Shown here piece by piece: positions 11,201 to 25,270 of a stretch of 64,000 nt of DNA. Made by a program: the position numbers and the translations under genes. The notes beneath the pieces are model-generated. The model was not told the origin of the DNA and did no database searches. It saw only the letters and a list, made by a program, of their open reading frames with translations. Positions within the stretch are counted from its first letter, which is position 1. Every line of letters starts with the position of its first letter. The stretch spans positions 35,836,001-35,900,000 of the forward strand of contig OX638153.1 of assembly GCA_951804945.1 (NCBI GenBank), written 5' to 3'. The DNA is from Podarcis cretensis (Eukaryota).

Positions 11201-13484
11201 CTTTAAACAAAGTGTAGCACTAGCTACAACAAATGTCTTTGTGGATATAATAGTTATAGTGCATGGTTTATTGTGGTGTTAATGGTTAAACCTTGTTGGG
11301 GCAATTCATGTTCCAGAAGTGAAGGAGGCTGGGTGTAATCTTCCTTAATTATGTTTATATAATTAGAAATGTCACATCATCTACACCGAGTATTGCAGCA
11401 TAGAAACACTGGAAGTGTATTCACAGTGGAGGTCAGTAAATATGTTTGTTTTATACCCAGCAACTTCCCCCCAATTTAAGGACGTGGTATTATCATTCCA
11501 GCTCTTGCTCTGTTAATTCTGTTGGACTTACGTTTGGTCGCAACTGGACTTACCTCCAAGTGTGTGGCATCAACTACAGCTTCTCTTATCAGGCCATATT
11601 GCCATTTCAAATCAGTGTGTGTGAGAGTACTGATTCAAAACTGCAAGTGGGGTAGGGAGATTTAACACCCCTTCTGCTACTATTTGAATTTTAGAAACGC
11701 ACAACAGATCGGTGAGATGCAACGACACGTTTCAGGTACAGCCTTGTTTAGCCTTGAGCACCACCTGCAGAAATGGCCCCTCAGCCCTTGCTAAATTCAG
11801 AATGTGGCCCCTGATCAAAATGAGTTCCTGAGCAGCGGTTTCACCACCTGAGCATACACTTGAAATTTGTGTGCAATGTGTGTGTATGTGGACAGCAACG
11901 AAGAGAAAAACAACAGGGCTTTCTTATCTTGCGACCCTGCCAAGGGGTGGTGGGTTCATTAGGGCTGATCCTCAGCTCCCATAAAGCTGTGCATTATTTG
12001 TCCTCTCCCACCCAGGGAAGGAGTCAGTCCAGCCTCTGAGCCAAAGCAGTGGGAGTCGAAGAGATACGTGGAATATGTCAGCTGCACAGCGACGTGGTGG
12101 GAATTTACAGAACACTCATGCTCGGCTAACAAAAATAACAGACAGCTTCTTCCCAGACGTTATGAAAACAACAAGAATAGCAATAATTGAGAGCCCTAGG
12201 AGTGAGGAATGACATCACTCGGCTGCAGTTGGAGAAATGCACGCAGGAGCAGGTTGTACTGCCGGGATGTCTGCTCCACAGCTGTAATTTTAGGAGCAGC
12301 TTCAAATCTGGGTTATGTGACTGTTTACTGATACCCAAAGCCTGCATTTTCTCTTATTAAGAACCAGCATTGCTGGCTTGCGCTGCTAGCCTGGGGTGGG
12401 GTGTGGGGAGAGAGAGAGACAGGGACCCAATGACTGCCCCCCACCCCACTTATTTGGTCAGGGTTTCCTGCAGCCTCGGCGACGATTCAACTCATTGTGG
12501 GGCAAGCACTCGTCTTTTTCTTTTCCTTAAATGACTTGAAAAGGTTGGCTCCGCTGTGGTTAACCCATCCGAGGCCTCTTCCTGTAAACTCAGAGGACAG
12601 CAAGATTCAACATGTGCTGGCCGTTTGAAGAACAGATTTGTGCTGAAACTGATACAGCCGTTTGGAAGGCTAGGAAGGGTGTGTCTCCGCCCCCCTTTAA
12701 AAAGGCGAGCGTCTGAAAACAGTGCAGCATTTGATTGTTTCAGATTGACACATAGGGACAACCCCCCCCCCCACATTAGTGAAATTTGAGGCAACCTGGA
12801 TTAAAGGACATAAACTGGCTGGGTTCAATAGAAGGCAATATCTCAGTGCTGTAAAGTTGGCTTTTACTGGATCAGGTGAATGTTCTATGTGCCTATGGTA
12901 ACTTTCCAGATTTCAGTAGTAGGGGATATGCGAGGCCAGCCCTACCATTAGGCATGCTGGGTGTGCATAAGATAGCCCAGGCTGCACACTCTAGCAGGTG
13001 CGTGATGATCTGCTCATGTGACAAATGCTGGCTACATTTCTGCATTTGTCTTGAGTGCAGGGCCTGCACGAGAAATATTGCAGCCTGAGACGAAAGACAA
13101 GATGGTGCCTCTCCTTGCCATGTACGTAAGTTGACCAAACTAGAAGCTGAATGTTACATGGACTCTGGTGGTGTCCTGCTCTGCAACAGAAGGCAGCAGG
13201 CTAATTTGGGGGGCACCACGCCACATCTCCCAGCAACTGCCGCCTGAGGTGCCTCTCTCACTCTGCCTCATGGTAGGGCCAGTCCTGCTTGAGTGGATAG
13301 TGAACAGGTATTGGGCAGAGCAGTGAGCGAGCCGCAGCAAGGCACTGGAGGACGGAGCTGCATAAGCCACATGATCTGTCCTGCACCCCCAAATACAGTC
13401 CACTGCCCTCAGGTGTAGGGGAGGACCCTGCAGGTGCAACGGAAAGGGTAACAAAAACATTGGCATGGGTAACAAAAACATTGG

Positions 13485-13682
13485 GGGACGGCTATAGCTC
13501 ATCTTTGTGTGTAGCATCTGCTTTGTGTGTCAGAAAGTCCCAGGTTCCATCCACAGCATCTCTGGGCAGATGTGGGAATGTCCCCCATCTGAAACCATGG
13601 AAAGCTGTTGCTGGTCAAATGTAGGCAGCCCTGAGCTGTATGGACCAATGGCCTGACTTGGTATAAAGCAGATGCCTATGAA
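13485..13682 (+). mobile_element. Second-family tRNA-derived SINE
   Basis: tagctca..agcatctgctttg..cccaggttcc..tggaccaatggcctgacttggtataaagcagatgcctatg. Confidence 0.75.
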
Positions 13683-15036
13683 AGCTGGCCTAGAAGGATT
13701 AGTTCTTTTACGGTTCTGCAATTGGTTAAGGAAGCAAAGACAAGGAATAATCGGGCTGTTCTTACAGTGCAGGAGGTGGGGGAGCAAGCGGCAGGCTCAC
13801 CCAAGGGCACTGGGGCCAGTGCTTTCCAATTCTGCCATAGACAGCCTTAGCCCTTACACACAATTGCACTCTCAAAGGAACCCCCGAGAGCTAAACGTTT
13901 CAAAGCTGCAGTTTGTCCGTGCCCATGCATGCAGGGTTGTCTCTGATTCTGCAGAGCTGTACTCCCTCCCCTGGGATAGCCAGAGCCGTGCACGACTGAA
14001 GGACATATCATTATTATTTTTTGCTGAATTGTATTTCTTTGTACTGTAGTTTTGTAGACTGTCTCTAACTTCCCTCTGCTCTTTTAAAACTTCTTGTCCC
14101 CTCTGAATTTCTGCTTTTGACGTTGCCAATGACAATATGCATCACCACATCCTCTGACTGCAGCATACAGTGACACCGACTCTGCCTTCAAAAGTTTGGT
14201 TATTGTGCGTGTATAGAGACTCCACATACATCCTCTGCAATTTAACCCATATTTTCACCATATGTCATTGGCAAATAAAGACACTCCCTATGCAGTAGAA
14301 GGGTCTGATTCGCTTGACTTCCCTCCCTTCCCCATCACATCTCTCCATTCTCACCTTTTCAGGGATGTAGGTTTCCCGGAATTTTACAGGCACACCCAAT
14401 TTTCATCTTCCTGGCCAGTTTCCAGAATAAGAAAGAAATTTTTTTGCTGAGCTGTTTTTGCTGTCGTAACTATATGCACGCACCGTGTAGGAATGTTGCC
14501 TCAGACTGCAATGTGAATTCTGTATGCTGTGCAACGTAAAATCTCTAGAAATATCTGGATAAGGATTCTGCGCATGCTCAGGAGTTATCTGTCAAAGATG
14601 CCAACGTTTTTGTTCCCCTTTCTTTCTGCTCTCCTGGCCAAGTTGCAGCAGCAGTAGTACTAACCACATGAAGCTGTTCCCTACTTCAGTAAAGACCGGT
14701 GTGCCGAACTATTTCAGAACAGGTAGGCAGGCATTTGCTTGCCCAGTGAATATTGCCTCCCATCCTATGGTAGTGAATATGTGAACAGTACTGTTAGCAA
14801 GTCGGTAGTTAATATGTAGAAGAGGAGTTGTCTATCTTCTAAGTAGTGTGTAAAGAAGAAGCTGTTTTTTGTTGTTGTAGCTGTTTTTTGTTGTTGTAGT
14901 TGTTAAGATGGCTGTTAAGATGCTAGTTAGTGGTTCTTGGCCTTGCTCATTTCACCTTCAAAAATAAGAAGTGCAAGGCTTTTTTTGTGCCCCTCTTGCA
15001 ATTCATATGTCCTGGCACATGGTTGTGTTGAAAGTA

Positions 15037-15399
15037 AGGTAAAAGGTAAAGGTACCCCTGCCCGTACGGGCCAGTCTTGACAGACTCTGGGGTTGTGCGC
15101 CCATCTCACTTAAGAGGCCAGGGGCCAGCGCTATCCGGAGACACTTCCGGGTCATGTGGCCAGCGTGACATCGCTGCTCTGGCGAGCCAGAGCCGCACAC
15201 GGAAACGCCGTTTACCTTCCCGCTGGTAAGCGGTCCCTATTTATCTACTTGCACCTGGAGGTGCTTTCGAACTGCTAGGTTGGCAGGCGCTGGGACCGAG
15301 CAGCGGGAGCGCACCCCGCCGCAGGGATTCGAACCGCCGACCTTTCGATCGGCAAGCCCTAGGCGCTGAGGCTTTAACCCACAGCGCCACCTGCGTCCC
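15037..15399 (-). mobile_element. Sauria SINE, second (young, CpG-rich) subfamily
   Basis: Diagnostic CTGGCCCGTACGGGCAGGGGTACCTTT 3' end; TSD TGTGTTGAAAGTA at 15024-15036 and 15400-15412. Confidence 0.93.
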
Positions 15400-18300
15400 T
15401 GTGTTGAAAGTAGAGATGGGCAAAATTGACAATTTCAGTGTCTCTCAGTTCCTCATTTTTCTAACCTGAAATTCAGTTCTCCTCATTTCCAACAATGGTC
15501 TATGGCTCCCCTCCCCTGTAGTCCTCATGAAAACATACCAGCATTTCTGTGCGAATTTCTTGTTACAAGTTTTTCCATGCACTTTAGCCTAGTTTACATG
15601 TTTAAGCAAAACGATTTCCCCTGCTATAATGCATTTCCCCCCATATCCTTTTCACTAATATATGCATTTCTGAACACATTACTTGGCCGTATAAGTGCAT
15701 TGCAAAATTTTCGAGAAGTGCCAAGTTTGAAGGATGGCTGCAGTTCAGTTCAAGTACTGTTCTGAAAAATGCAAATTGGGTGGGGTGGGGGGGTTTGCCT
15801 TTAAGTGTGAACTGACTCAATTCCCCCCCCCCCCCATTCCCTGGTTGAAAGGGAATATGACATAGCGTGTGAGTGCTATGCTTGATTCAGGACGTGTGCT
15901 TCCGACATGCAAATAGTTCTGTTCTGCCTTGCTTTTTTAGGTGGGAATCCTATGCACATTTGCATGGGAGGAACTCTGATTGAACTCCCATAGTTGAAGA
16001 CAGAGGCATAGGAACTAGGCTGGAAGTACTCATGTGTTTTTGTGAAGCTCTCATTCTTGTAAGAGGGATTTCTGGTGGATCGTGTCCTCTGCCAATTAGT
16101 TTTTATGGCCCATTTCGGTTTTCCAATTCAAGCTCCAAAGTGACATGGACTGGACGGATCTGAGCAGTTTTAATTTATGCGAATTAGTTCTCCTTTTACC
16201 ATCATGTTTAGAATCTAAGCAGATTTAGAGCCAGTCATTATAAGCTCACTTACTGAGGGCCAAACAAGATGTGACACTATTTGAACAATTGGAGCCGGCC
16301 CTACCACTGGGCAGAGTGAGCTAGCTGCCTCAGGCAACAGATTGTGGGCAGTAAATTGTTAGTTATTATTTTTATATTCCCTACTCCCTGGGGGATTTTC
16401 TGCCTCAAGTGTCCAAATAACCCAGCCAGCCATAACTTGACCACAATCAGCAAATTGACCCTGCAAGCAATTAGCAGTATCATGAAAGCATTTTTTTTAA
16501 AAAAGAAGTAAATAATAGGGGTCCCTAGTCCAGATGGAGACTCTGGTGGGGGTGTTTAAAGGGACTTCATCCCTTTGACCATAACCCACTGTGGTCCTGA
16601 TCCAGATATGGGACCTCGTGCCTCATCTTTAATTTTATTTTTAATGTAATTGCTAATTGTGCGAATGGTGTCACATCTAGTTTGGTCCTTGGAAGCAACT
16701 GGACATGGAGATATGTCAAAGATTCGGATGTTAGTTACATTATGACAAATTCAACTTCATGCTATTATGTTTGTGCCATAAGCTCAAGTGTTTGAGCTTG
16801 CCAGGTGGAATGATCTCCCCTCTCCCCCACCCATGGCCATTCTCAGGGCTCTCCTTCCCAGAAACTTGTTTTGTTGGATCTGGGCCATAAACCACAGACC
16901 CAAGCATTTGGGGTGCAGATTGGGTTGTACAGCTTTGTTCTGGGGCTAGCCCTACAAGGCAGAGGACTCCAGCAAAAGCTGACCTATATATTCTGTAAGG
17001 CATGTTAAGAGAGCTAAGCATTGCATTGCATTGCATTAAGTTGGTTAAGCTGGAAATGGAGGAGTATAGCCGGCTTTGTACAGCCGGCTTGTCTCTATCC
17101 TGGATGAGCAGTGCTTTGCATCAGCAGAGCATGTAACAGCATAAAGTAATGCTAGGAGAAAAGCTCTAAGATGCTCATATCTAATATCACAATTTGTTTT
17201 TGTATGCAATTTTGGCTAATGTACATATTTTTGCAAAGCAATTTCCCCTGGTGTAATGGCTCACCCAGTGAACTTACAGTGAAACCCTCCTGGCAGTGGC
17301 ATCCCTGTTGTTTACTGGGAGTGGGCAGTGAGGTCAGTGTTGTGGGGGTGCACCAGCAGAGCCAATCCAGTACTCCTGCTGGTGCATCTGTGCAGCCCCA
17401 GCCTTGCCATCACCTCACATAAGCAGCAGTGGGACTTCTGCCCCATTGAGGGAGCTGCCCCGGTCCTGGGAGAGGGTTGTGTCCTAGAGGGAGTTTTGAG
17501 GTCCCAATAGGAGATGACCGAGTGGGCTGTATTTGGATTCTAGGCCTGAAATTTCCCACCTATACAGTATCATAAAATCATAACATACACCTGTACATTT
17601 TTATCTTATTTTTTCATGCGCACCAAATTCTTAATTTGTGAATCCCTATTATTTTAATTCATTACTACTTGCATTACCCTCATTTATTTATTTACAGCAG
17701 CATTGTTATATCTGAACATAAGCATTTTGTGTAGTTTACATGGTAAGATCTTGCAAGAGCTGAGAAATCATGTATCTAAGTCTTGTTTGTTTGGATGCTC
17801 TTGTGTGATGCTGTTGCTTAAATCCTACTCAACTTGCAACACCGTTTTCCTCTTTAATCAGCGTCCTGTATTTTTGTTTTCAAACCTTCCATTCTCGTTA
17901 GTTAAGCTACAGATTGTGTACTTGGCTGCACACGACAACGAACCCAACTGAGAAGCTATCGGTCTGCTAATCAGACAAAGATTTGATGTGTGTTTGTTGT
18001 AATGGTGTTATCAAGGAGTATGCAACCATGTTCAGAAAAGATAAAAGATGAGGAAGGAAGGCCATCTTGGTGCAGGAGCAAGGTGATGCAAGAGGTACCA
18101 TCCAGTCCTACCGGAACTATGTTCTAAAAAAGATCTCTGAAGCTTAGCTGTGGTTTACCACAATGCTCTACTGATCAGCTGAGTGGTCAGATGCATAAGG
18201 CGACTGAAAGCAAGTTCATTTTCCCACAGTAAGAGAAATGCAGACATGTGCACATATGGGCGTGCCCATGCACAAAACCTCTTTGCATGCATGCAGAGGT

Positions 18301-19074
18301 CATTTGTGCATTACAGATGCTGGCTGCAGCAAGGCTTAAGACATCCCCCCCCAACCCTTGTGACTTAGGCTTAAGCAGAACATTCACAATACAAACAAAC
18401 TTCTGTCCTTTAATTGCATCAGCTTAACCCATTCTTTCTTTAAAATTTTCACTTATAAACAAAACAGCCTTTTGAGTGCATTATGGATGTACGTGCTCCC
18501 ACAGTTCAAGAAAGCATGAGAGTCAAGCACGATCTCTTTCTCTATAAAAGAACGGAGGCCAGAAATGAACAAAGACTCTTCCATCTCCAGGTCTAAGGAC
18601 AATGGAACATTTTCGTCTCTCAATACTTGAGGAAGCCAGATCCTTATATAATCATAGGAATCAAAGAAGCTCTGTTGATGTCCTGTTAGTGGTTCCTTGC
18701 CCTCACGGTTGGTTGATGTGTACCTAAAACGAAGCCTTCTCAGTAGTGGCACCAAAACTCCAGGGTTCTCTTTTTCTGGGCATGTGGCAGAATGCATTCC
18801 TGTATAGCTGTAGACACTTCATTAAATACTTGCATAGCCCTAGTCTTTTGTTACTTACCATTCTCCTTATCCTTCGTATGTTAAGGTTGCTTTTAGTGTG
18901 TGCGAGTATATGCTCAGCTGCCTATATGGCTGGTTGTGTTCGTGCATTAGGATTATAATATTATTATTGTTGGAATGACTTTTATTGATTTATTGTACAC
19001 CACTTTTTAATCTATCAGTTGGACTTATGCCCTACCTTTCCTTCAATATGGAGTCTAAGGCACCATACAAAAAA

Positions 19075-19150
19075 GGAGGAGGAGGAGGAGTTTGGATTTG
19101 ATATCCCGCTTTATCACTACCCGAAGGAGTCTCAAAGCGGCTCACATTCT
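19075..19150 (-). mobile_element. 3' end of an L2-tailed SINE/LINE with a (CTC)n tail
   Basis: tttgatatcccgctttatcactacccgaaggagtctcaaagcggctcac stem-loop next to (GAG)n. Confidence 0.55.
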
Positions 19151-21679
19151 TGTGTCTATAGTTATCTCTCTCTGTGTGTACACACACACACACACACACG
19201 TGCGCGTGCACACACACAAATAAAGCCACAATTAAAACATCATAAGCTACAGAGATACTTTGTGCACCGCTTGTAAAACAAAAATAACCTTATAAACCAG
19301 TAAATAAATCTAAAATGGCAATTTAAGATGCCATGTGAGGACTACACACTATTTCTCTGGTGTATTCTGTGAATCACTGGCAAGAACAGGAGGATGTTTA
19401 AAATGTGTGGGATGCACGTAGTGTACAAAGGGTTAAGATATCGTCTGTGATTGCAGAAATGGCTTTTAGCACTAATCCTCCCAGACTGAAGGCTGGGTGG
19501 GGGTGGTTGGATGGGTCGTTTTAATGCAGTTCAATTTTCTTTTATGATTATATGCACTCTCGTCGTTCCACTTGTAATTTAATGATAACCCTGAATGGCT
19601 TATCAAACGGGACAGTTATCTCCTCTCCCCCAATAAGATGTTTGTAGATGGCGAACACAGCAGGGAGCTCAAAATATAATGTCGGGAATGTTTAATTTTT
19701 TTGCAGGCTTTACTCTGGCATGAGATGGATAGCACCAGCCTTACTCAGCAGATAACCTTTTCTTCAGAGCCCTTGCCTATTTTTTTTTTTTTTACATAGT
19801 GGCTGCAAGCCTGCTTGTTCTTGCATGTCCTGCTACCCAAATCTCACTTATCTAAACTTGAGGAATTAGGACCCAAACCTCACTATACACACTGCAGATT
19901 CAGATATCCAAACAACTGGACCTGTGTGCAGTACTGTACACAAAGAAGCAACCTTAAACAAGCCTTACTTTTTGTGTTTTGTTGGTCCGTGATAGTCGTT
20001 TTGCCAGAAACCATGGAGAGAAAGAGGGAGGAGGTACGAAGGGGGAGGGAATGGTCATATTAGATAATTTTTCATTTCCACATTTGCCTTTTGCAAGGTT
20101 TCAAGGGTTTTCTTGTCCCCACCCCCTTTCCAGAGTCAAAATTCTGTGATCAGGAACGCATTAGAAATTTCCCCAAAGAGATCAATGGAAAATGTTGCCT
20201 CGTCATGCAAATGCTTGCCTAAAAATATCCTGTGAATGCATTGTTTTCGATAGTGAGACCTTCATGTATACCATTTCAGAAAGACTCACACATATTGTCA
20301 AGGAGCCAAGATGTCAAATTTGACCATTAGTACCTTTGGTACCACCTAGGCGAGCGTGTTTGTGTGTGTGAGTCATACTGAAACAGTGTGTTCATAGGCA
20401 TGCAGGATTGCAACGGCTGCATCAGGAAAATAGTCAAGAACTCAGGAGGGATAGGAAACAGGTGATAGCAGATCATAACACTTGACTTCTCTGTGTTGTC
20501 AACCATTCATCTGAGCTTGCCTGTGGCTAGATTTCTGAAGCTGCACTGCAGGGCCTCCCTATCAATTTCTAACAACAGCAAAGAATTATGCATTTCTAGC
20601 ACCAAATTTCAATCTCTAGTGGTCCAGACTAAAATTATAATAAGCATTTATCTCCCTGTGTGGTCATCAACCAACCTCGCTGGCTCAGGGACTATATAAC
20701 TATTCCAAAGCTGGCACTGGGCAGTGTGATGTAGGGCTGCTTTATCAACCAGTTTAATATCAGCTACTTTCCCAAATAGTATACTGGTACCATTCTGGAT
20801 ACAGATTGATTTGACTGAAAGTGCAACCCATAACAAACCGCTATTATCCAACTAATACAATGCCTGGGGCAGTGGCTGAAGGTGACATCATCAATGTCTC
20901 TGGATTTTAGCAAAGCAGCTTACCAACTGCACATCAGAACCAGGATTAGAAAGGGGGGTGGGGAGGAAATCACATCCCCCCCGATTTCTCCTGAATGTCT
21001 GCTCGCCAGCTCAAGAGTAAACAGGCTCAGGAAGAAGATCCCTTATTCTCTCTCAAACAGATCATCTGATCTGCCAGACACAATCACTGTTGTCTAGCCC
21101 ACTCATAACTGCGCCTTAATGATAGGCATTTGAGCCTCACTCTTCATTATTTCACTTCTGGTTTGTGAAGTTAAATCTGGTGGGTGGGAGGGAGCATGTA
21201 GTTCTACGATGCGACGAGCAAAACCTAATGCCACAGAGCTGTGCCGCATCAGCCTTCTAGTTCTGCATTTTTCAAACAGGAACTTGCCAGTTTGTAACCA
21301 GCTGCAATTTTAGGAACAACTGTTACAAAATCTGTGTGCTTCTGCTAACCGAGGTTGAGCTAATGTTTAAGAAAGGTATTGTCCCTGAAATTTCACCTAA
21401 AGCAGAAGAAAAAATGGGGTGGCCCTCCTTAGGTGAAACATTAGAATAATTTCAAGGGAAACCAAAAGGATTACACTAAGAGTAGTGAAATGGCTCAGTG
21501 TGTCAATTCTATCCTCACATCCTTGACTGGAGCAACCACCACACAGATATGCTTTAATTCGCTTCCACCTGGCCAGGTATAGACCGTTCTCAGGCTGGGA
21601 ATAGTAACTTTGTGAGGAATAAATTAGAGTGCCTGGAATTCTTTGAGGGAAATAATGTATTTTGAATGAGCTTTACAGG

Positions 21680-21822
21680 CAGTGCTCCCCCCCCCCAAAG
21701 TACTTAAGGGTATGCAGTACTGGTACCTCCTTTTGTTGTTGTTGTTAAAATGTGTGGTGGCACTTACTGTAACAACTTCTTGGTGAGTAGCTGCACCTCT
21801 TTTTCTAGAAAAAAAAGCACTG
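21680..21822. mobile_element. hAT MITE
   Basis: CAGTGCT...AGCACTG termini; perfect 8-bp TSD TTTACAGG. Confidence 0.85.
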
Positions 21823-22063
21823 TTTACAGGTATAGTGTGTACACAGCCTAAGTGAGTGGTGGGGGGCTAGCTTGAAGTTTGGTGGCTTGCTTACACAATG
21901 TACATCACTTAATTTTTCTTTGCTTGAGGACTAGGAGCTGAGTGTGTGACTTGACTCCTTTGAAAAACATTGCTTTTGAGTCTATGCAAGGTGTTAAGGA
22001 GATTCCATATGTGGTGTATAGTATTTCTGTTATGATGATGCAATATACTGAACTGAGGGTATA

Positions 22064-22305
22064 CAGTAGTATCTCGGGTTAAGTACTTAATTCGTTCCGG
22101 AGGTCTGTATTTAACCTGAAACTGTTCTTAATCTGAAGCACCACTTTAGCTAATGGGGCCTCCTGCTGCCGCTGTGCTGCCAGAGCCCAATTTCTGTTCT
22201 TATCCTGAAGCAAAGTTCTTAACCTGAAGCACTATTTCTAGGTTAGCGGAGTGTGTAACCTGAAGCATATGTAACCTGAAGCGTATGTAACCCAAGGTAC
22301 CACTG
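22064..22305. mobile_element. Tc1/mariner (Tigger/pogo-like) MITE
   Basis: CAGTAGTATCTCGGGTTA...TAACCCAAGGTACCACTG; TA TSD; internal TAACCTGAAGC repeats. Confidence 0.85.
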
Positions 22306-22589
22306 TACATATATGTGAACCAGTGGTATATATAACCCAAGTTGCCTGCAAAAGACTATAGTCTGTTGCAGGCAATTTGGAATAATTTATTAGCTTAAAT
22401 GGAGAGGACATACCAGGAAGTTGTACCTAGTAAAGAGAGGTAAGGCAGTGAACAGAAGAAGACAGTGTGGATGAGCACTGCTTTTAAATACATAATTAAA
22501 CCACATCCGTAGATAGAGACTGTAAGCTTGATGGAACCCTAAGCTTGATTTTTTAAGCTTCTTTTTTATACTAGAAACCCACTTAAAAC

Positions 22590-22800
22590 ATTTATTATTA
22601 CTACATTTATATTCTACCTTTGATACAAGGAGCTTAAGGTGGTTTTACATACTTCTTCTCTCCCTCTTCATTTTATCCTCACGACCACCTGTGAGGTTAG
22701 GTGAGGTTGAGAGAGACTGGCTGGTCCAAGGTCACACAGCAGACTTTATGGCTGAATAGGGCTTTGAACCCCAGCAGTCTAGCCACGACACCCCAGTGGC
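22590..22800 (-). mobile_element. MIR/Ther1-like (Squam3-type) SINE
   Basis: ttttatcctcacgaccacctgtgagg..ggtccaaggtcacacagc..tttgaaccc; similar to 58895-59105. Confidence 0.7.
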
Positions 22801-24464
22801 TCTATTCAGTGATGCTGGTTACCACATGTAACACATTTGAGATGCTGTGAAATGTCTCAAGTTTCAAGGCTGGAGTAGAATTCACAGGCCTGCTCAAGAC
22901 ACCACATATGTAAACTAGACACACATGACATGCACCCTCAACCTGGATGAAGCTAGTAAGTCACTGTGTACACATTGTGTGCTTCAAGGGCCTCTTCTTG
23001 CTTGCCCTTTTTTTAGAAGAAAAAGAAAGGCAGCAAGGGAAGATTTCTCTTCAACAAGACTTTAGGGAACAAGATTTTCAGTGGCCAAATCCATTGTGAG
23101 GCCTATGTTGGTTTTCATCTCCCCTCACAAAGCCTTGTTTAGGACCTAAAAACCAACTATCTTTCATCTTTTTTCGTCTTCTATTTTTACCCTCTCTGAC
23201 ATTTCTCATCTTTCCCAGTTGGTTTCTCTGAACATTTTTGAAAGTTGGGCAGATTTATGATGACAAGTTGATGCAGCTCTGATGCACAACTGATAAACAC
23301 CCCTCTATAATAGTGAATATGAGCTTTTGCATCCCTCCAAAATACATTGCGAATGGCCTTAGCAGAAAAGAAGCCTACAGTCCATACATTACAGCTTTCC
23401 TTGTTCATTTGCAGAATAACAAACATCCACAGCTTATTTTCCCCCCCTCTAATAGCTAGATGAAACTCCTATGTCACAGTGTAGAGATGGTAAATCCATC
23501 TATATTTTCAACAATTAAGAGTAAACAAATAATATGAAAGTTAACAAATAATAAGAGCAGAGGTAATTTTAGACACTGGATTTCAAAGTCTTACCTGGGT
23601 GGCTTTTTAGATGGTTCTGAGTATTATTTCACTTACTTTAAAATGTATTAAGCTAGCCTTGCTGTTTTTCGGAACCTGTAGCTCATTCAGCTGAGTGGGG
23701 CCCTGGACTTCTGCTCTGAAGTCATGACTGATGACACCAGTGAATTTGATCTTCCACAAATATCTTGGAAGCGAATCTATGCTAGGATGTTAGTTAAGAC
23801 CACAAGTTTCTGGATCTGTGGAAATTCTATTCCTCTGCTTTGATCTTATATGTGTACCACACCAAGAACCATATTTTTTCCTTCTACCACCCTGATTTTT
23901 TTTGGGTAATCTCTTTTTTAACCCTCCCAAACCCAAATTCTTTGAAGTTTCATAGCTCAAATATATTAGATTACATACAAACAGAACTAAACATACAAAC
24001 CATCACCTAAATACATGCAAATAAAACAAAACACAAAATTACAAAAACAAATAAAGTATCTTTCCTTAAAATAATAATAATAATAATAATAATATGCACC
24101 TTATCTGTAGAAGTATATCTTACCTATCTATAATCTGAAACTACACAGCCTTCATCAGGTCAGAAAGCAACTTGCAACCTTTAAGGAATATATATTTAAT
24201 ATTTGAACAGGTGCTTAAATATCAGTAGAAGATTCTGGAAATTTTATGAGGCACAGATGAATCTTGGTCTTCTTCAATGCAGATTTTTATATACATCAAA
24301 TCCAGCTTCAAACTTTTTGTCTTATTCTCTGAACCTTATGTCACATTCTAGTGTGTCCAAGGAGCAGAATCTAAGACTGGGCTATCTAAATGGGAGCAGG
24401 CTTCCTTAAGAAGAAGAGTATAAGGAGAGCTCTGCTAGATCACAAAAAAGCTCCAGCATAAAAT

Positions 24465-25270
24465 TTTTATGTCAACAACATAAAATCAAACAAAACAATA
24501 TCCAATGTCCATAAATTAACATGACAGCAATGTTTAACCCATAGCTTAACAATACTTATTTCCTTACAAAGTCTTGGACAAATAAAAATGTCTTCAAATT
24601 TCTGTTGAATGTGGACAGGGAAGAGGACAGTCTTACATCCCATGGAAAGGAATTCCAGAGTTGGGGATGCTCCCACAGTGAAAGATCTCTGCTGCATTCC
24701 TGTCCTCCTTGCCACCCACAGGGGTGACACTGAGAGAAGTCCGCCTTCCCTAAATCTGGGCATATGGAGGAAGGCTCTCCTTGGGTTCCAAGTCATTTAG
24801 GGCTTTGTACACTAGTACCAAGGGACGCGGGCGGCGCTGTGGGTTAAACCAGAGCCTAGGACTTGCCGATCAGAAGGTCAGCGGTTCAAATCCCCATGAC
24901 GGGGTGAGCTCCCGTTGCTCGGTCCCTGCTCCTGCCAACCTAGCAGTTCGAAAGCATGTCAAAGTGCAAGTAAATAAATTGGTACCACTCCAGCGGGAAG
25001 GTAAACGGCATTTGCGTGCGCTGCTCTGGTTCGCCAGAAGCGGCTCAGTCATGCTGGCCACATAACCTGGAAGCTGTATGCCGGCTCCCTCGGCCAATAA
25101 AGCGAGATGAGCGCCGCAACCCCAGCGTCAGTCACGCCTGGACCTAATGGTCAGGGGTTCCTTTACCTTTACCCTAGTACCAATGCCTGAAAGGGGACCT
25201 GAAAGGTCACTGGCAGCCAACACAGACCTCTCAAAATTCGAGTGATGTGCTCTTCTCTAACAGCTCCACT
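24465..25270 (-). mobile_element. Degraded L2 fragment interrupted by a Sauria SINE
   Basis: L2-like 3' sequence on both sides of the SINE at 24822-25173. Boundaries approximate. Confidence 0.6.
24822..25173 (+). mobile_element. Sauria SINE, full length
   Basis: GGGACGCGGGCGGCGCTGTGGG head; TSD CTAGTACCAA at 24812-24821 and 25174-25183. Confidence 0.93.

Noticed and set aside
22064-22305. Regularly spaced TAACCTGAAGC repeats (array-like)
   Set aside because: Subterminal repeats of a Tc1/mariner MITE in a eukaryotic genome; not a CRISPR array.
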